From assembly GCF_018350175.1 (NCBI RefSeq), contig NC_058368.1, positions 133,860,001 through 133,924,000 of the forward strand: a stretch of DNA of 64,000 nt, written 5' to 3'. Numbering within the stretch: the first letter of the stretch is position 1; the number at the start of each line of letters is the position of its first letter. This document shows positions 52,724 to 64,000 of the stretch, piece after piece. The DNA comes from Felis catus (taxonomy: Eukaryota). The translations under genes and the position numbers were made by a program. The notes under the pieces were generated by a model that did no database searches, was not told the origin of the DNA, and was given only the letters and a program-made list of their open reading frames with translations.

Positions 52724-53414
52724 AATAAAATCATGAACTAAATAACTATGCTGATTGGCAAAAAAAAAAAAAAAAAAAAAAAGCCTAAAACTTAGGAATG
52801 GTACCTGATTTTCATCACATGCTTTATAAATCTATGAAAAAGGCTTGCCAGTTTCTTACCTAAGAATCTGTGATCCACAGAATCGAAGTCCTACCTATGT
52901 TAATGAGCAATCCAATATAACTGAATGGAAACCATTATATACTATTCAGGAAAAATTCATCTTTATTAACCTTATCTCCGGCGGAAATGTTGCTGTGAAC
53001 ACATTTTGTGCCTTGTTAGAATTTCTTTCTTTCTTTTTTTTTTTTTTTTTTTTTGTAATGAGCAAGTCTCCTTTGGGCCAACGTGTGTGCACATCCCCAG
53101 GTTCAGCATAATGTGATTTTAAATGTCCACATCATTAACCTTTGAAAAATGGAGGAAGTCATAGAAAAATTAACAAAGGAAAACTGTGCCATGGCAACTG
53201 CTGTTAGCAAAATCAAATCGTCTTCCGATGAATTATGGGAAAATTTGGGTTGGGAGGGGTTGTTGTAGAATGAAAAAGTAAGATTTGCATGATTCTTTAA
53301 TTTGTTTCTCTATTGATTTGAAGTGTTGGCAGGGGGAGGTGTTGTCAAAAGCTTTGCTGTGAGGGTAGTTTAATATTTTCCTCTCTGTTCTTTCCCTCTC
53401 CTCTGCACCCCAAG

Positions 53415-53537
53415 GTGGCGCCTATGAAGTCAAACAGCATCGATTCTTCCGTTCTTTAGACTGGAACAGTTTGCTGAGACAGAAGGCAGAATTTATTCCC
53501 CAACTGGAATCTGAGGATGACACAAGTTATTTTGATA
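53415..53537 (+). CDS. MAST4: MAST4 exon 15 ([41 protein letters not shown]), kinase end and AGC C-tail
   Basis: Long pyrimidine tract + caag acceptor, ATA|gtacgt donor; 123 nt, phase 1 to 1; DTSYFD motif. Confidence 0.97.
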
Positions 53538-53638
53538 GTACGTGAATTATCTGACATAAAACGTTGTTTGACCTTTACTTTGTAGAAAATTATCTCTGCT
53601 CGTGATAGAAGTTTCTAGTCTTGAGCCTACGAGTTCTT

Positions 53639-53855
53639 TTTTTTTTTTTTTTTTTTAACATTTATTTATTTTTGAGACAGAGACAGAGCATGAACGCGGG
53701 AGGGTCAGAGAGAGAGGGAGACACAGAATCCGAAACAGGCTCCAGGCTCTGAGCTGTCAGCACAGAGCCCGACGCAGGGTTTGAACTCACGGACCGTGAG
53801 ATCATGACCCAAGCTGAAGTCGGATGCTTAAGCAACTGAGCCACCCAGGCGCCCC
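53639..53855 (-). mobile_element. Can-SINE inside the 431-nt intron between exons 15 and 16
   Basis: TSD gagccta(c/t)gagttctt (53623-53638, 53856-53871). Confidence 0.94.
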
Positions 53856-53968
53856 GAGCCTATGAGTTCTTAAACATAATGCTTTGATATAGAAACTCTT
53901 AGTAACATATCTAAATTAAAAGCTGAAATTCTGAGTGATTGGAACTGTTACCAAACATTTCTCTGCAG

Positions 53969-54081
53969 CTCGGTCAGAGAAATATCATCACATGGAGACT
54001 GAGGAAGAAGATGACACAAATGATGAAGACTTTACAGTGGAAATAAGGCAGTTTTCCTCCTGTTCACACAGGTTTTCAAAA
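53969..54081 (+). CDS. MAST4: MAST4 exon 16 ([38 protein letters not shown])
   Basis: ctctgcag acceptor, AAA|gtaagt donor; 113 nt, phase 1 to 0. Confidence 0.97.
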
Positions 54082-54455
54082 GTAAGTGAAATATGGCAGA
54101 AACCTACAGAGTCTTTCTGGAGAATCTCCCTCAGGCCAGATAGTTGGCATTTCTAAATAGGCGAACAAGATTGTAAAAATCACCTCTGTAGTGTTTTAGT
54201 GCTTGGGGGCTTGGGGTCTCCTGTGCTTAAAATTCCTTTTAGCCTAGGAACAGTGACCCCACCATCTGGATAATCCAGAGTCCCTACCTGCCTGTCTCAC
54301 TCTCCACAAATGGATATCTTTTTTCTTGGAGATGCAGACTTGCGCTCACAGTATTATCTATGGAGAACACGAGAGCCATATATGTTGACCTCACCCTGTG
54401 TGACTAGGTTTAGTTCATTGCCAGACTGTGGAGGCATCCTCCCCTTTCTCTGACC

Positions 54456-54660
54456 CTTTTTGTTTGTTTGTTTGTTTATTTGGTTTGACAGAGAGAGAAA
54501 GAGCATGTGCAGGGGAGGGGCAGAGAGAGAGGGAGAGATTCCCAAACAGCCTCCAACAGTGCACAGCCTGACAGCAGGGCTCGATCTCACAAACTGAGTC
54601 CATGATCTGAGCCAAAATCAAGAGTTGGACGCTTAACCAACTGAACCACCTAGGCTCTCC
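54456..54660 (-). mobile_element. Can-SINE, diverged
   Basis: (TTTG)n tail, (GA) region, ...aactgaaccacctaggctctcc head. Confidence 0.85.
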
Positions 54661-54943
54661 TCTCTCATCTTTTAATGAAGAACATTGAGCTTGAGGTCAT
54701 TGTGTGCATAGCCCCCTCCTAGTATCACATGGAATACAACACAAAGGAGCAGTCTGAGTCCCTGACATCAGGTAGGACCCTTGGGGATTAGTTGATGCAG
54801 AATAAGAAAGTCTGGTAACCAATGACAGAGAACATAAGTTATATGAAAAAGCCTGTAGGAAGCCAAGCTCGAATTTTGGAAGTGGGAGAAGGTAATAAAA
54901 TCGATGTCTGAAATGGATGCTTTTTACTGATAGTGGTAAGATT

Positions 54944-54946
<3 letters not shown>

Positions 54947-54987
<41 letters not shown>
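54947..54987. repeat. (AC)20 microsatellite
   Basis: Read directly. Confidence 0.95.
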
Positions 54988-54989
<2 letters not shown>

Positions 54990-56163
54990 CAAATAAAAGG
55001 AAGAAACCTGATAGTCCTGAGACTGGAAGAGCCCTAGGAAAATGGAAACAAACCTAAAGGGCCCCCTGCCTGCCTCCCTTGTGATATTTTCAGTAGCTAT
55101 GCATTTTCTGTTGCCATGGCATTTTGCATGATGATGTTCAGCTTTTCTATAACACATAGGGTTGATAAAGTGTTCATACCTTTTTCTATGTGGCTCCCTA
55201 GATACAGCACATCTGCATGTGGGCTGGCACTGACCGCCCTGTTTATAGGAAGGCCATGGAGAGGTGAGGTTTCCCCGGAGGAGGTGGTGGCCGGCCTACC
55301 CAGAGCCAGCACTGAAGCTTTGATCACACTGAGTGCAGGCTTTCCCCAGTGCCTGTTCTCTGGCCCATCCAAGCCAGGCCCTGGACTCCATTTCCTTCCT
55401 GTTGTCTTCTGTTGGTTAGCCAGCCTGGTCCTCACCCTAGTAGACCAATGGGCCATCTAAGGGCACCCCACCCATGAGAGCAGTGAGTGGCTGCATGGCA
55501 CGGTAAGGATTGCTTCCTGCACTGGGCTCCCAGCTCTGTATTTTCCCTTCCACCTTTCCTGTGGGACCACAGAGGTCTCAGGCTTGCCTGAGCTCTGACC
55601 CCTTTCAGAAATGCCAGTGCCAAGCTGCGTGTCTGTATATGTGATTTATAAGCCAGAGACCTCTGACTCATAACCACATACGTACTGCATCCCCCCCACA
55701 CACTTCTTGAACCAGGTAATTTATTCTTCTGTTTGCACTCAATTCCAATTCATTTTTCTCCTTCCCACCCCTGACTGGTGGCCATTAAAGCTTTCTCTCT
55801 GTGATTTTCTTTTTCTGATAGACATCATGGTTAAAAAGTAATCTAAGGTGTGCATTGATTCCCCGGCCTAGAAACCCCAACGCGTCTATGGATTTTGTTT
55901 GCAGATACAAAGTCCATAACAAGACAGGGCAAGAGGGTGATGAATTCATAGCTTTTGCTCCAAGAAGAAAAAAAAATACATACATTGACCATACATCTCA
56001 GGACTCAAGTAAACAGTATCGGAAAGTACCTTCTAAATACACGGTCCCAACTGAAACTTTAGTTATACTCTTGGTCTTTACTCCCAGGGTTTGGGTTTTT
56101 TTTTTTTTTTCTGACAGACTCTTTCAAGAAGATATTAATAAACCCTATTGCTTCACCTCGCAG

Positions 56164-56291
56164 GTTTTCAGCAGCATAGACCGAATAACTCAGAATCCAG
56201 GAGAAGAGAAGGAAGAGCCTGGAGACAAAACCAAAAGCACAACATTGCCATCCACAGAAACATTCAGCTGGAGTTCGGAATATTCGGAAAT
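56164..56291 (+). CDS. MAST4: MAST4 exon 17 (VFSSIDRITQNPGEEKEEPGDKTKSTTLPSTETFSWSSEYSEM)
   Basis: cctcgcag acceptor, AAT|gtatgt donor; 128 nt, phase 0 to 2. Confidence 0.94.
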
Positions 56292-56339
56292 GTATGTGAA
56301 ACGTCTGTTAAGAAGGGTCATGTGCAGTTGCTGCTAGAG

Positions 56340-56513
56340 CAGTGATTCTTAAGCTTGAGTGTGCATCAGAATGTCCCAGAAGCCCTGTAAAAACACAGGT
56401 TGCTGGGCCCATTCCAGCGTGTGTGATCCACTAGATCTGGGATGGAGGCTTTGTAATAAGTTCCAGGAGATGCTCTTGCTGCTGGCCCAGGGACCACACT
56501 GTAAGAACCACTG
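56340..56513. mobile_element. MER5A-type hAT-Charlie DNA transposon fossil
   Basis: Terminal inverted repeats cagtgattctta...taagaaccactg; 8-bp TSD tgctagag/tgctagac. Confidence 0.88.
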
Positions 56514-56636
56514 TGCTAGACGTGTGTTGGTTGGGTGTATCCAAGTTCCGTTTTTACCTAATTTCCTCCAAAATTCTCCTTGAACACCATTTCCTAGTAT
56601 GTATGTATACATGACTTTGTTTTGTTTTTAATTAAG

Positions 56637-56827
56637 GCAACAGTTATCCACATCCAACTCTTCAGATACTGAAAGCAACAGACATAAACTCAGTTCTGGC
56701 CCACTTCCCAAACTGGCTATTTCAACAGAGGCAGAAAAAGATGAAGGTGCTCCCTGCCCCAGAGACCTGCACGAGGAGCCCGAGGTCACCACTCCCGCCA
56801 GTACAATCAGCAGCTCCACCCTGTCAG
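56637..56827 (+). CDS. MAST4: MAST4 exon 18 (QQLSTSNSSDTESNRHKLSSGPLPKLAIS...HEEPEVTTPASTISSSTLS)
   Basis: ttttaattaag acceptor, CAG|gtaagc donor; 191 nt, phase 2 to 1; open frame. Confidence 0.94.
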
Positions 56828-57638
56828 GTAAGCGCCCGTGTGCGGTGCCTGCTGTCCACACGTCACCCACCACGTTGACAAGTGGTGGCTGGTGTTCTGA
56901 GTCCCCGGCTGGCCTAACCAGGTGGTGGCAATGGCTGTTTTGTGCTGCTAGACTCCATCCATGGCCCCACGTCAAAGGCTCGGGGGATCTGCTCTTACAA
57001 ACTGAGGTCCAGTGTCTCAGACCCCTCCTTATTGCGTCCCCATACAGTAAACCCTTCTTGTTTCAGTTTGACCCAAGAGCCAGCCTTAGCTTTCATGGCT
57101 GGGTTTCAGTAGGATTCTTTGTCAGCAACCAGAACCACACTAAGGACCACTTTCTCTGTTGTTGATGCAAAAGCAGGTCTCACAGTGTAGTGTCTAACTG
57201 AAAGTTAGGAGTAAGGAACTGTACCAAATAGTGACACGCTCGAATTACCCTCAAAAATGGCTTAAATCACCCACAAGGTACAGCGTAAGACCAGCTCTCC
57301 TTCTTGTGTCAAAATGGATGGTGGTTTCTTCAAAGGAGGTGGTTTTTGTTATGGGGCCATGTTGTGCCAAACAACTTACCTCTTCACGCTGGACTCTTAG
57401 TGAGTGCAGCACGATGCTTATTTTGTGAGATTCCCAGATGCTGTCTGTGCATCCAGGACTGAGGGGAGGAGTGAGTGAGAAATACCAGCACAATTCAGAT
57501 TGGTATTTTACGTGCATATGAGGCACCTCCACTATAGACATGTTACCTTTCCAGTCTCTGGGTAACTGGAGTACAGAAACTCCTGAGACTTCTTTCACTG
57601 TTTGGGAGGCAGTTAAACGGATTAGGCCTCTCTCTCTC

Positions 57639-57861
57639 TTTTTTTTTTTTTCTTTAATTTTTTTTCTCTTTTGAGAGAGAGAGGAAAAGCACGAGCCCGG
57701 GGAGGGTCAGAGAGAGAGAGAGGGAGACACAGAATCTGAAGCAGGCTCCAGGCTCCCAGCTGTCAGCACAGAGCCCAACACAGGGCTCGAATCCACAAGA
57801 CATGAGATCATGACCTGAGGTAAAGTCCGGCGCTCAATCAGCTGAGCCACCCAGGTGCCCC
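57639..57861 (-). mobile_element. Can-SINE
   Basis: TSD ggattaggcctct (57619-57631, 57863-57875). Confidence 0.93.
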
Positions 57862-59204
57862 TGGATTAGGCCTCTTCTTTGAGAGCACTTTATAATGTCA
57901 CTTTTGTGTAAAAGTAACTTTCCTGACAGGAGTGACAGTATCTTCACAGGTTTTTAAAAAGGCTTAATGTATCATGGCTATTTTCTGGCCTTTAATCATG
58001 GAGGTGTCCTCATTAGGTGATCAAACTTGAATTTCCCTCAGACCAAGCCAAGTGCACTTAGAATATTACTTGGTTTATAACAGTTTTATGCATAGCATAT
58101 CCTTCTACAGAGAAATGTTCATGTATGCTTTTAAAAAAAAAAATGAAACATGGATATGGCTTAGGGTTGCTGCGATAAATGTCATCATTAAGCTCTCTTC
58201 GATATGCTATATTGATAATGCTGAACTATTCCAGGAATTTTTATGAACGTTTTTTTAACTAACTGAATATTCATAGTGTAACTTTTTAAAAATCATTTCA
58301 AGGAAACACATTTTACAGGCTAGGTTTATTTCAGCCTCACTGAAAAGTTTGCCTCTATGGAAATAATGTGGGTTGTTTTGTTTTGTTTTTTTCTTTCTCT
58401 CTCTTCTTCTAAGTTCTGTTGCCATGTAGGATAATTGCCCTTATCCTTCCTTTTTTATAAAACCAAGAGAATAGCAATGTGGAAGTAGTGTAGAAACAAC
58501 CTAGTGGTCCAAAATTCTTAATTATGTTTAGTTCATCTTGATAAATCAAATGGAAGTATCTCAGTATTTTATTTTTCTCGTTACTAAGGTCTCTGTTTCC
58601 TAGTTTATTATGCTCTAAATAAAATATACTCACCTCTATTTAAAAAAATTTTTTTTAATATGGTGAGTCATTGGTGATCACTTAGTCTCTTTGCCCTGGT
58701 CCCCATCAGCAGTGTCGGAGGGAAATGTTATCTAAGCATTTGATTGATTACTTTCATAATTAAAAAAAAAAAAAAAAACTGCTTAGGTCCTGCCATGCAT
58801 TTTGATTAATTGATTCAAACCACCTTTCTGTCTCCCCCATATACACACTAAAAATAATCAAAGACCTTGGGGGCTGCACAGAATAGAGAGATGAACTGAT
58901 TTGCTTACGGCCAAGGGTAATTAGGAAATCTGAAAACCGTGACTGTAGTAAAATTAAATTTGTTGATTTTTATATTGCTCTGCCATCAAAAAGAAAGAAC
59001 CCTTGACATTTACAGAACATTAAGGTGACATTATCCACTATTGGCAGAACAGAAACGCACACTTCTATCCATTGCTCTGAAAGGAGGTGGCAAAGGCAAG
59101 GGGGCAGGGATGCTAAAAAAGAACAGTACCTATTCGCACTCAGGCATTTAGGGAAGTACAGTTTCATACCTCTTTCTCTTTTTTTCACGATCGTGTTGCA
59201 TTTG

Positions 59205-59431
59205 TTTTTTTTTTTAATTTTTTTTTCAACGTTTATTTATTTTTTGGGGACAGAGAGAGACAGAGCATGAACGCGGGAGGGGCAGAGAGAGAGGGAGACA
59301 CAGGATTGGAAACAGGCTCCAGGCTCCGAGCCATCAGCCCAGAGCCTGAGGCGGGGCTCGAACTCCCGGACTGCGAGATCGTGACCTGGCTGAAGTCGGA
59401 CGCTTAACCGACTGCGCCACCCAGGCGCCCC
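59205..59431 (-). mobile_element. Young felid Can-SINE (SINEC_Fc-like)
   Basis: Near-consensus; TSD gatcgtgttgcatttg (59189-59204, 59434-59449). Confidence 0.96.
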
Positions 59432-60396
59432 AGGATCGTGTTGCATTTGAATCGGTGAAAAGTAAAAAGTCTCGAAGTCTTAGGTGTAGTGCTTGAGTCA
59501 ACCAATTATTCGTTGTGAAGAGATTCGGCTTTTCATTTGTCAGGGAGCCCATCCTACCAGATTAGCAAGGAGAAGAGTGTGTAACTTAGCCCAAAGTAAG
59601 CTTAAGGTTTTGGAGATGAGGTGTCTGAGTCATGAAGCAGTTTTTATCAAGTCCTTGAGCTGTTGATTTCTTGATTTAGAGGGAATTGAGTAGATGGAGT
59701 TAAGTGAGGTTGAGTTTGGAATATAGGAGTAGGAAGGCTGCTGATGCTTCGTTTAGGATTGTCTTCCTGGGTCTCATGGGTGTCGCGTGGAGGTCCAGCT
59801 CTTTTCCTGTACCCACAGCGCTCTCTCAAGTCCCAAGCTCCCTTTAGCAAGGACCCCGCCTGTAGGGTCTCTGTCACCTCCTAGGCACAGAGGCCAAACT
59901 TGAGCTGTGAAGTTGAGTAGTGGATTCAGCAGCAGAATGGGATTGTGAATTAAGTCCTATCCAGCCTAACTATTTCCTAGGCTTTAAAATGTGCTGGTTG
60001 GTCTTTCAAAGGATCATTTATAATGGTATTAAATTCTCTGCATGGATTGTGTATCTTAAGGTGATGATAGTGTTGATGGTTTCTAAAGCACAGGGGGCTT
60101 GTAACAGCATTTAGAAGTCAAAATGAGATGAGCATCACTTTTTCCGGATGGACAAAGAAACTGTCAGTGATTACAAAAAGAAAGAAAGAGAACTGATAGC
60201 CTGTGAAAGAGTAGGAAAAACCCGAAGTGGGTGGCTGTTCCCCTTTCCTCTGGGGACTCCACATGTTATTTCCGCTCAGAAGCGTTATTTATTCTTGGTC
60301 TGTGTGGTCACCCAGGCAGACATCACTGATTTTCCATTTTTGCATCCTCCCACTTGATTCTCTAACCCTGCTGAGGGGAGTCCTAATTTTTTTTTT

Positions 60397-60599
60397 CAAC
60401 GTTTATTTATTTTTGGGACAGAGAGAGACAGAGCATGAACGGGGGAGGGGCAGAGAGAGAGGGAGACACAGAATCGGAAACAGGCTCCAGGCTCCGAGCC
60501 ATCAGCCCAGAGCCCGACGCGGGGCTCGAACTCACAGACCGCGAGATCGTGACCTGGCTGAAGTCGGACGCTTAACCGACTGCGCCACCCAGGCGCCCC
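60397..60599 (-). mobile_element. Young felid Can-SINE (SINEC_Fc-like)
   Basis: Near-consensus, CpGs intact; TSD gtcctaattttttttt starting at 60380 and 60602. Confidence 0.96.
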
Positions 60600-61480
60600 A
60601 TGTCCTAATTTTTTTTTTTAAACAAACAAGCAAACAAACAAAAACCCACCTTTCTGTTAAGGGCTAATAAACTTAAAAATAAAGAAGGCGTGGCTGGCTG
60701 AGACCGGAAGGGAAAGGATCTTACCGCTGGTCCAGTAACCTCAGGGCAGATCAGGAGATGATACACTGTCTAGAGAAAAAAAACAGGAAGATGCAGCAAG
60801 CCATTGTGGAATGCAGTGAGTACTGTCCTTTGTTGTCCTGGGAGATTTGCAAGGAGACTTAGGGCATGAGAAGTCATAGGTGATGCTTGAGGCACTCTCC
60901 TGTGAGTTACATACGTGAACCTCGTGCAGTCTAGTGCAGTCCAGGAAGACACTAGGAGATGACACAGTCCCAAGTCTACGTGAAGAAATGAGATGTTGTC
61001 CACCTGTCCCAAACAGCATTATCCACATGTCCACATTATTCACAGCATTGCTAACGATGACCATTAATATCACAGGGTAATTTTAGTATACAGTGGGTGG
61101 TCATGGTGTTCATAAGGTGGTGTTTGCTTCAGAGCCTTCCGTGGTTGGGAGCAGTGGGGAGGAGTTGTCACTACAAGGGTTCTAAAATCGAAATTCTGTA
61201 AAGTAGTGACTCTTGTAGTTAAGCGGAGTCATTGAGAATTAGCAGACTTAGGTACAAGGAGAATGAAACCTGGATGGAAATGTCTTTCATCCCCTTCTCT
61301 TCCCCATCACCTTTCTCAAAGCAGTCATGTGTGTTTAATGCTTGCCTGGCGCCATATGGATTGTTGAGCCACATGGGAGTACGTTTCCCAAGTTGTTCTT
61401 CCTTCTTTCTCTCTCTTTCCCTCTTTCCACCTCTCCTATCTGATTTCCCTGAATGTGTTTATCCCTTCTTGTTTGTACAG

Positions 61481-61681
61481 TTGGCAGTTTTTCAGAGCAC
61501 TTGGATCAGATAAATGGACGAAGCGAGTGTGTGGACAGTACAGATAATTCCTCAAAGCCACCCAGTGAACCCGCTTCTCACATGGCTCGGCAGCGATTAG
61601 AAAGCACAGAAAAAAAGAAAATCTCGGGGAAAGTCACAAAGTCCCTTTCTGCCAGTGCTCTGTCCCTCATGATCCCAGGAG
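61481..61681 (+). CDS. MAST4: MAST4 exon 19 (VGSFSEHLDQINGRSECVDS...KVTKSLSASALSLMIPG)
   Basis: tttgtacag acceptor, GAG|gtagag donor; 201 nt, phase 1 to 1; MAST-family KSxSASALSLMIP motif. Confidence 0.95.
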
Positions 61682-63984
61682 GTAGAGAGACATCTACTCG
61701 CATGAAATTGTGTGGTTTTGTGCATGTGTCCCCCTCTCCCCAGTTTGGAATGCTGATCGAGATGCAAGATTGCTAGAAGCAGTAACGGGCAGTGCCCAGC
61801 GCATCTCTCCGGAGTTTCTCCCTGCGGGAGCTCCGGAGCTCCCAGACAGCTTGTGTCACTGATTTCTTCTTGCTTCTTTCTGCATCAGGAGATGAGGCAG
61901 GCTTCCTTCCCACACAGCCTGATTTCTTTTATTTGTTTTCTTTCCTTTTCTGCTCCCCCCTCCTCAAATTAAGTGGTAAATTTATCTCCTCTGAATCATT
62001 TTTCTTCCCTAGACTATGCATCATTTATGTACTTTACTGAGTTGTTTATAGCATATGTGTTGGAAAGCTAAGTACAGTTTTTCCTCTTCTAATTAATGAG
62101 GAGAGAGATATGGAGAACATAAGTTTTTCATTTCTGGGGATGCAGAGAGTCACAGACAGCCCTGAAATTTACAAATTTTCCCAACCCTGTCTGTTGAGCT
62201 ATGCTTCCTCCTACTGGTAGTCATTTTCTCCCCTGTATTGGAAGACTGGGCTTAATTATGGTTTTGTGGAATTGCAGTATTTTTATACACCAGGGCTTTG
62301 CCTCTAGAAATCACTAAGTCTACGCAATTCCCCCAGAAGTGAGAAAACATACACCCTGGTGTTTGTGACTTAACACTCAAATGACAGCCCGAGAGTGGAA
62401 GTGGCAATTGAATTATATTGCAGATGGCTTGCATTTGGAGGAATACAGACCTTGTATAAAAGGAATTGTTTACAGTTTCAAAATTTCCTGTTTGTGCAGA
62501 AAGAAATTTGATACAAACAAATGCTCATTTGGGGGTATTGCTCACTCTAGCCCACTCTGTTTTCTGGGAGGCGTCCCATTCAGCACCATAAAGTAACCAT
62601 CTATCTCCTTAGTTTGAATGACTATTCATAACTCCAAAGCAGCGGCAGTTGGAAAGGTAAGTCCACTTTTGAAAGCTGGTGAGAAAGCCCACGTCTTGGT
62701 AAGGTAGAACAATTGTTTAATACAGGGAGATAAGGGAAACTGTCATGCCACAAAGGATGGGGACTTGGCTTTCCAGCACTTTGGATGTGTGTATGTGTTT
62801 CCACTCCGTCCAGTTCCCGCTCGCATGGTTACAAGTTCCCTGCCCACCAGCGTGTGTCTCTTCACTTGGCCTTGTGATCTTTAGACAAAAGGTAGCCAGC
62901 GAAAGAGTACCAAGAGTTCCACACGCAGTCCCAAAGTGAAGGAACATCGCTAGTGATCCACCTAGCTTTGTTCCACTTTGACAGACATAAGACTCGGAAG
63001 AAATGATAGTGTGGCCACTGGCAGTTTCCTGTGGCTCCCCTGGTGCTCACTGAACCTGGTGAGTCTTCAGTAACGCTGGGCACATAGTAGCCTGCCTCTG
63101 ACTGAGCTCACATTTAAACTTCAGCATCTTTAGTGGATCATTCTTTTTGTCAAACACACACACAATTTCACGTGACCAGTTAATTAAGATCTGTTTAGAC
63201 TCACATGGATGGAACAGTGATATCAACAATAAAAGCGTGTTTGCTTTTAAAACAGAAACAGAATAGAATTGGTATTGTGGTATTAAGTTTTCTTAAAATT
63301 TCTCTATTTCACCTGTATTATCTTTGAGAATCATTGTTAGAATTGTAGGTACTGTAGGAAGCGATCAGTTGTATTCATAATAATTAAGAGTGATTGTTTC
63401 ATAAAGAAATTGACATCTCACTGTTGTCTTGATCGAAATCACTTGAGTACTAGTTCAGTAGTACTGTAAAAAGGAACTGGTAACTTGATGGATTTTTTTC
63501 CTGACCACGTATGTTTGAAAAGGACCGTGTTAAATTTGTTGATTTGGAGCCTGAGATTTGGAGCCTGAGAATCTTTTACTATAGTCTCCACAGTCTTCTC
63601 TGTGTAAAGGCATACTTGAAATTTGTGCATCTCTGATTTGTTTAAGGGCAACAAAATATACCAACTAAAGCTATCCCAGCCAGGTAGGGACTAAGTTTTG
63701 TGTGTGTTTTAATTAGCATAGAGAATGTAGAAATTCTAACCCCACAGAATTCACTGAAAAATTAGTTGCAGTACAGACACTTTTGAAGTTTTCTTAATAT
63801 CCCCTGTTTGGAAAGCCATCCTAGTTAGCAATATAAATATTTTTATATTATTTCTTGATGAGAAATGAATGGATTTATTGTGTGGCTGAGCTCCCCATCA
63901 TTGCAGGGCTCATGCAGTGCGGGCTGGCTGCATGGATGTTTGTTTGATCAGCATCAGCTCTAACGACTGGCTTCTGTGTTGCAG

Positions 63985-64000
63985 ATATGTTTGCCGTTTC
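63985..64000 (+). CDS. MAST4: MAST4 exon 20, cut by window end (DMFAVS...)
   Basis: tgttgcag acceptor; phase 1 gives G+AT ATG TTT GCC GTT TC, the expected continuation IPG-DMFAVS. Confidence 0.88.

Noticed and set aside
56637..56643. Downstream CAG acceptors 7-11 nt into exons 17, 18 and 19
   Set aside because: All shift the frame; nothing suggests they are used
60227..60667. 146-aa ORF (similar peptides at 7899-8137 and 59237-59552)
   Set aside because: Frames running through SINEC_Fc copies; the same peptide recurs at each copy

Overview
Mammalian genomic DNA from a cat-family carnivore (inferred from near-consensus felid-type Can-SINEs). The whole window lies inside one + strand gene, MAST4 (microtubule-associated Ser/Thr kinase 4). 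I reconstructed 20 phase-compatible GT-AG exons (4862 to the window end, about 2.5 kb of coding sequence, no stops or frameshifts) covering the DUF1908 region, the complete AGC kinase domain, the AGC C-terminal tail and the Ser-rich linker before the PDZ domain. Both ends of the gene lie outside the window. Introns hold about 27 Can-SINEs plus MIR, L2, L1, MER5/MER58 and LTR relics and microsatellites. Most notable: a 9-nt in-frame microexon (8964-8972, adds NDR); a tailless retroposed 5' half of tRNA-Gly(GCC) with a 17-bp target-site duplication (4200-4235); an apparent 45-nt in-frame deletion relative to human MAST4 as I remember it; in-frame alternative splice sites; and inverted SINE pairs bracketing single exons. 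I found no evidence of a wholly new biological system. Old-repeat boundaries and family names are by-eye estimates.
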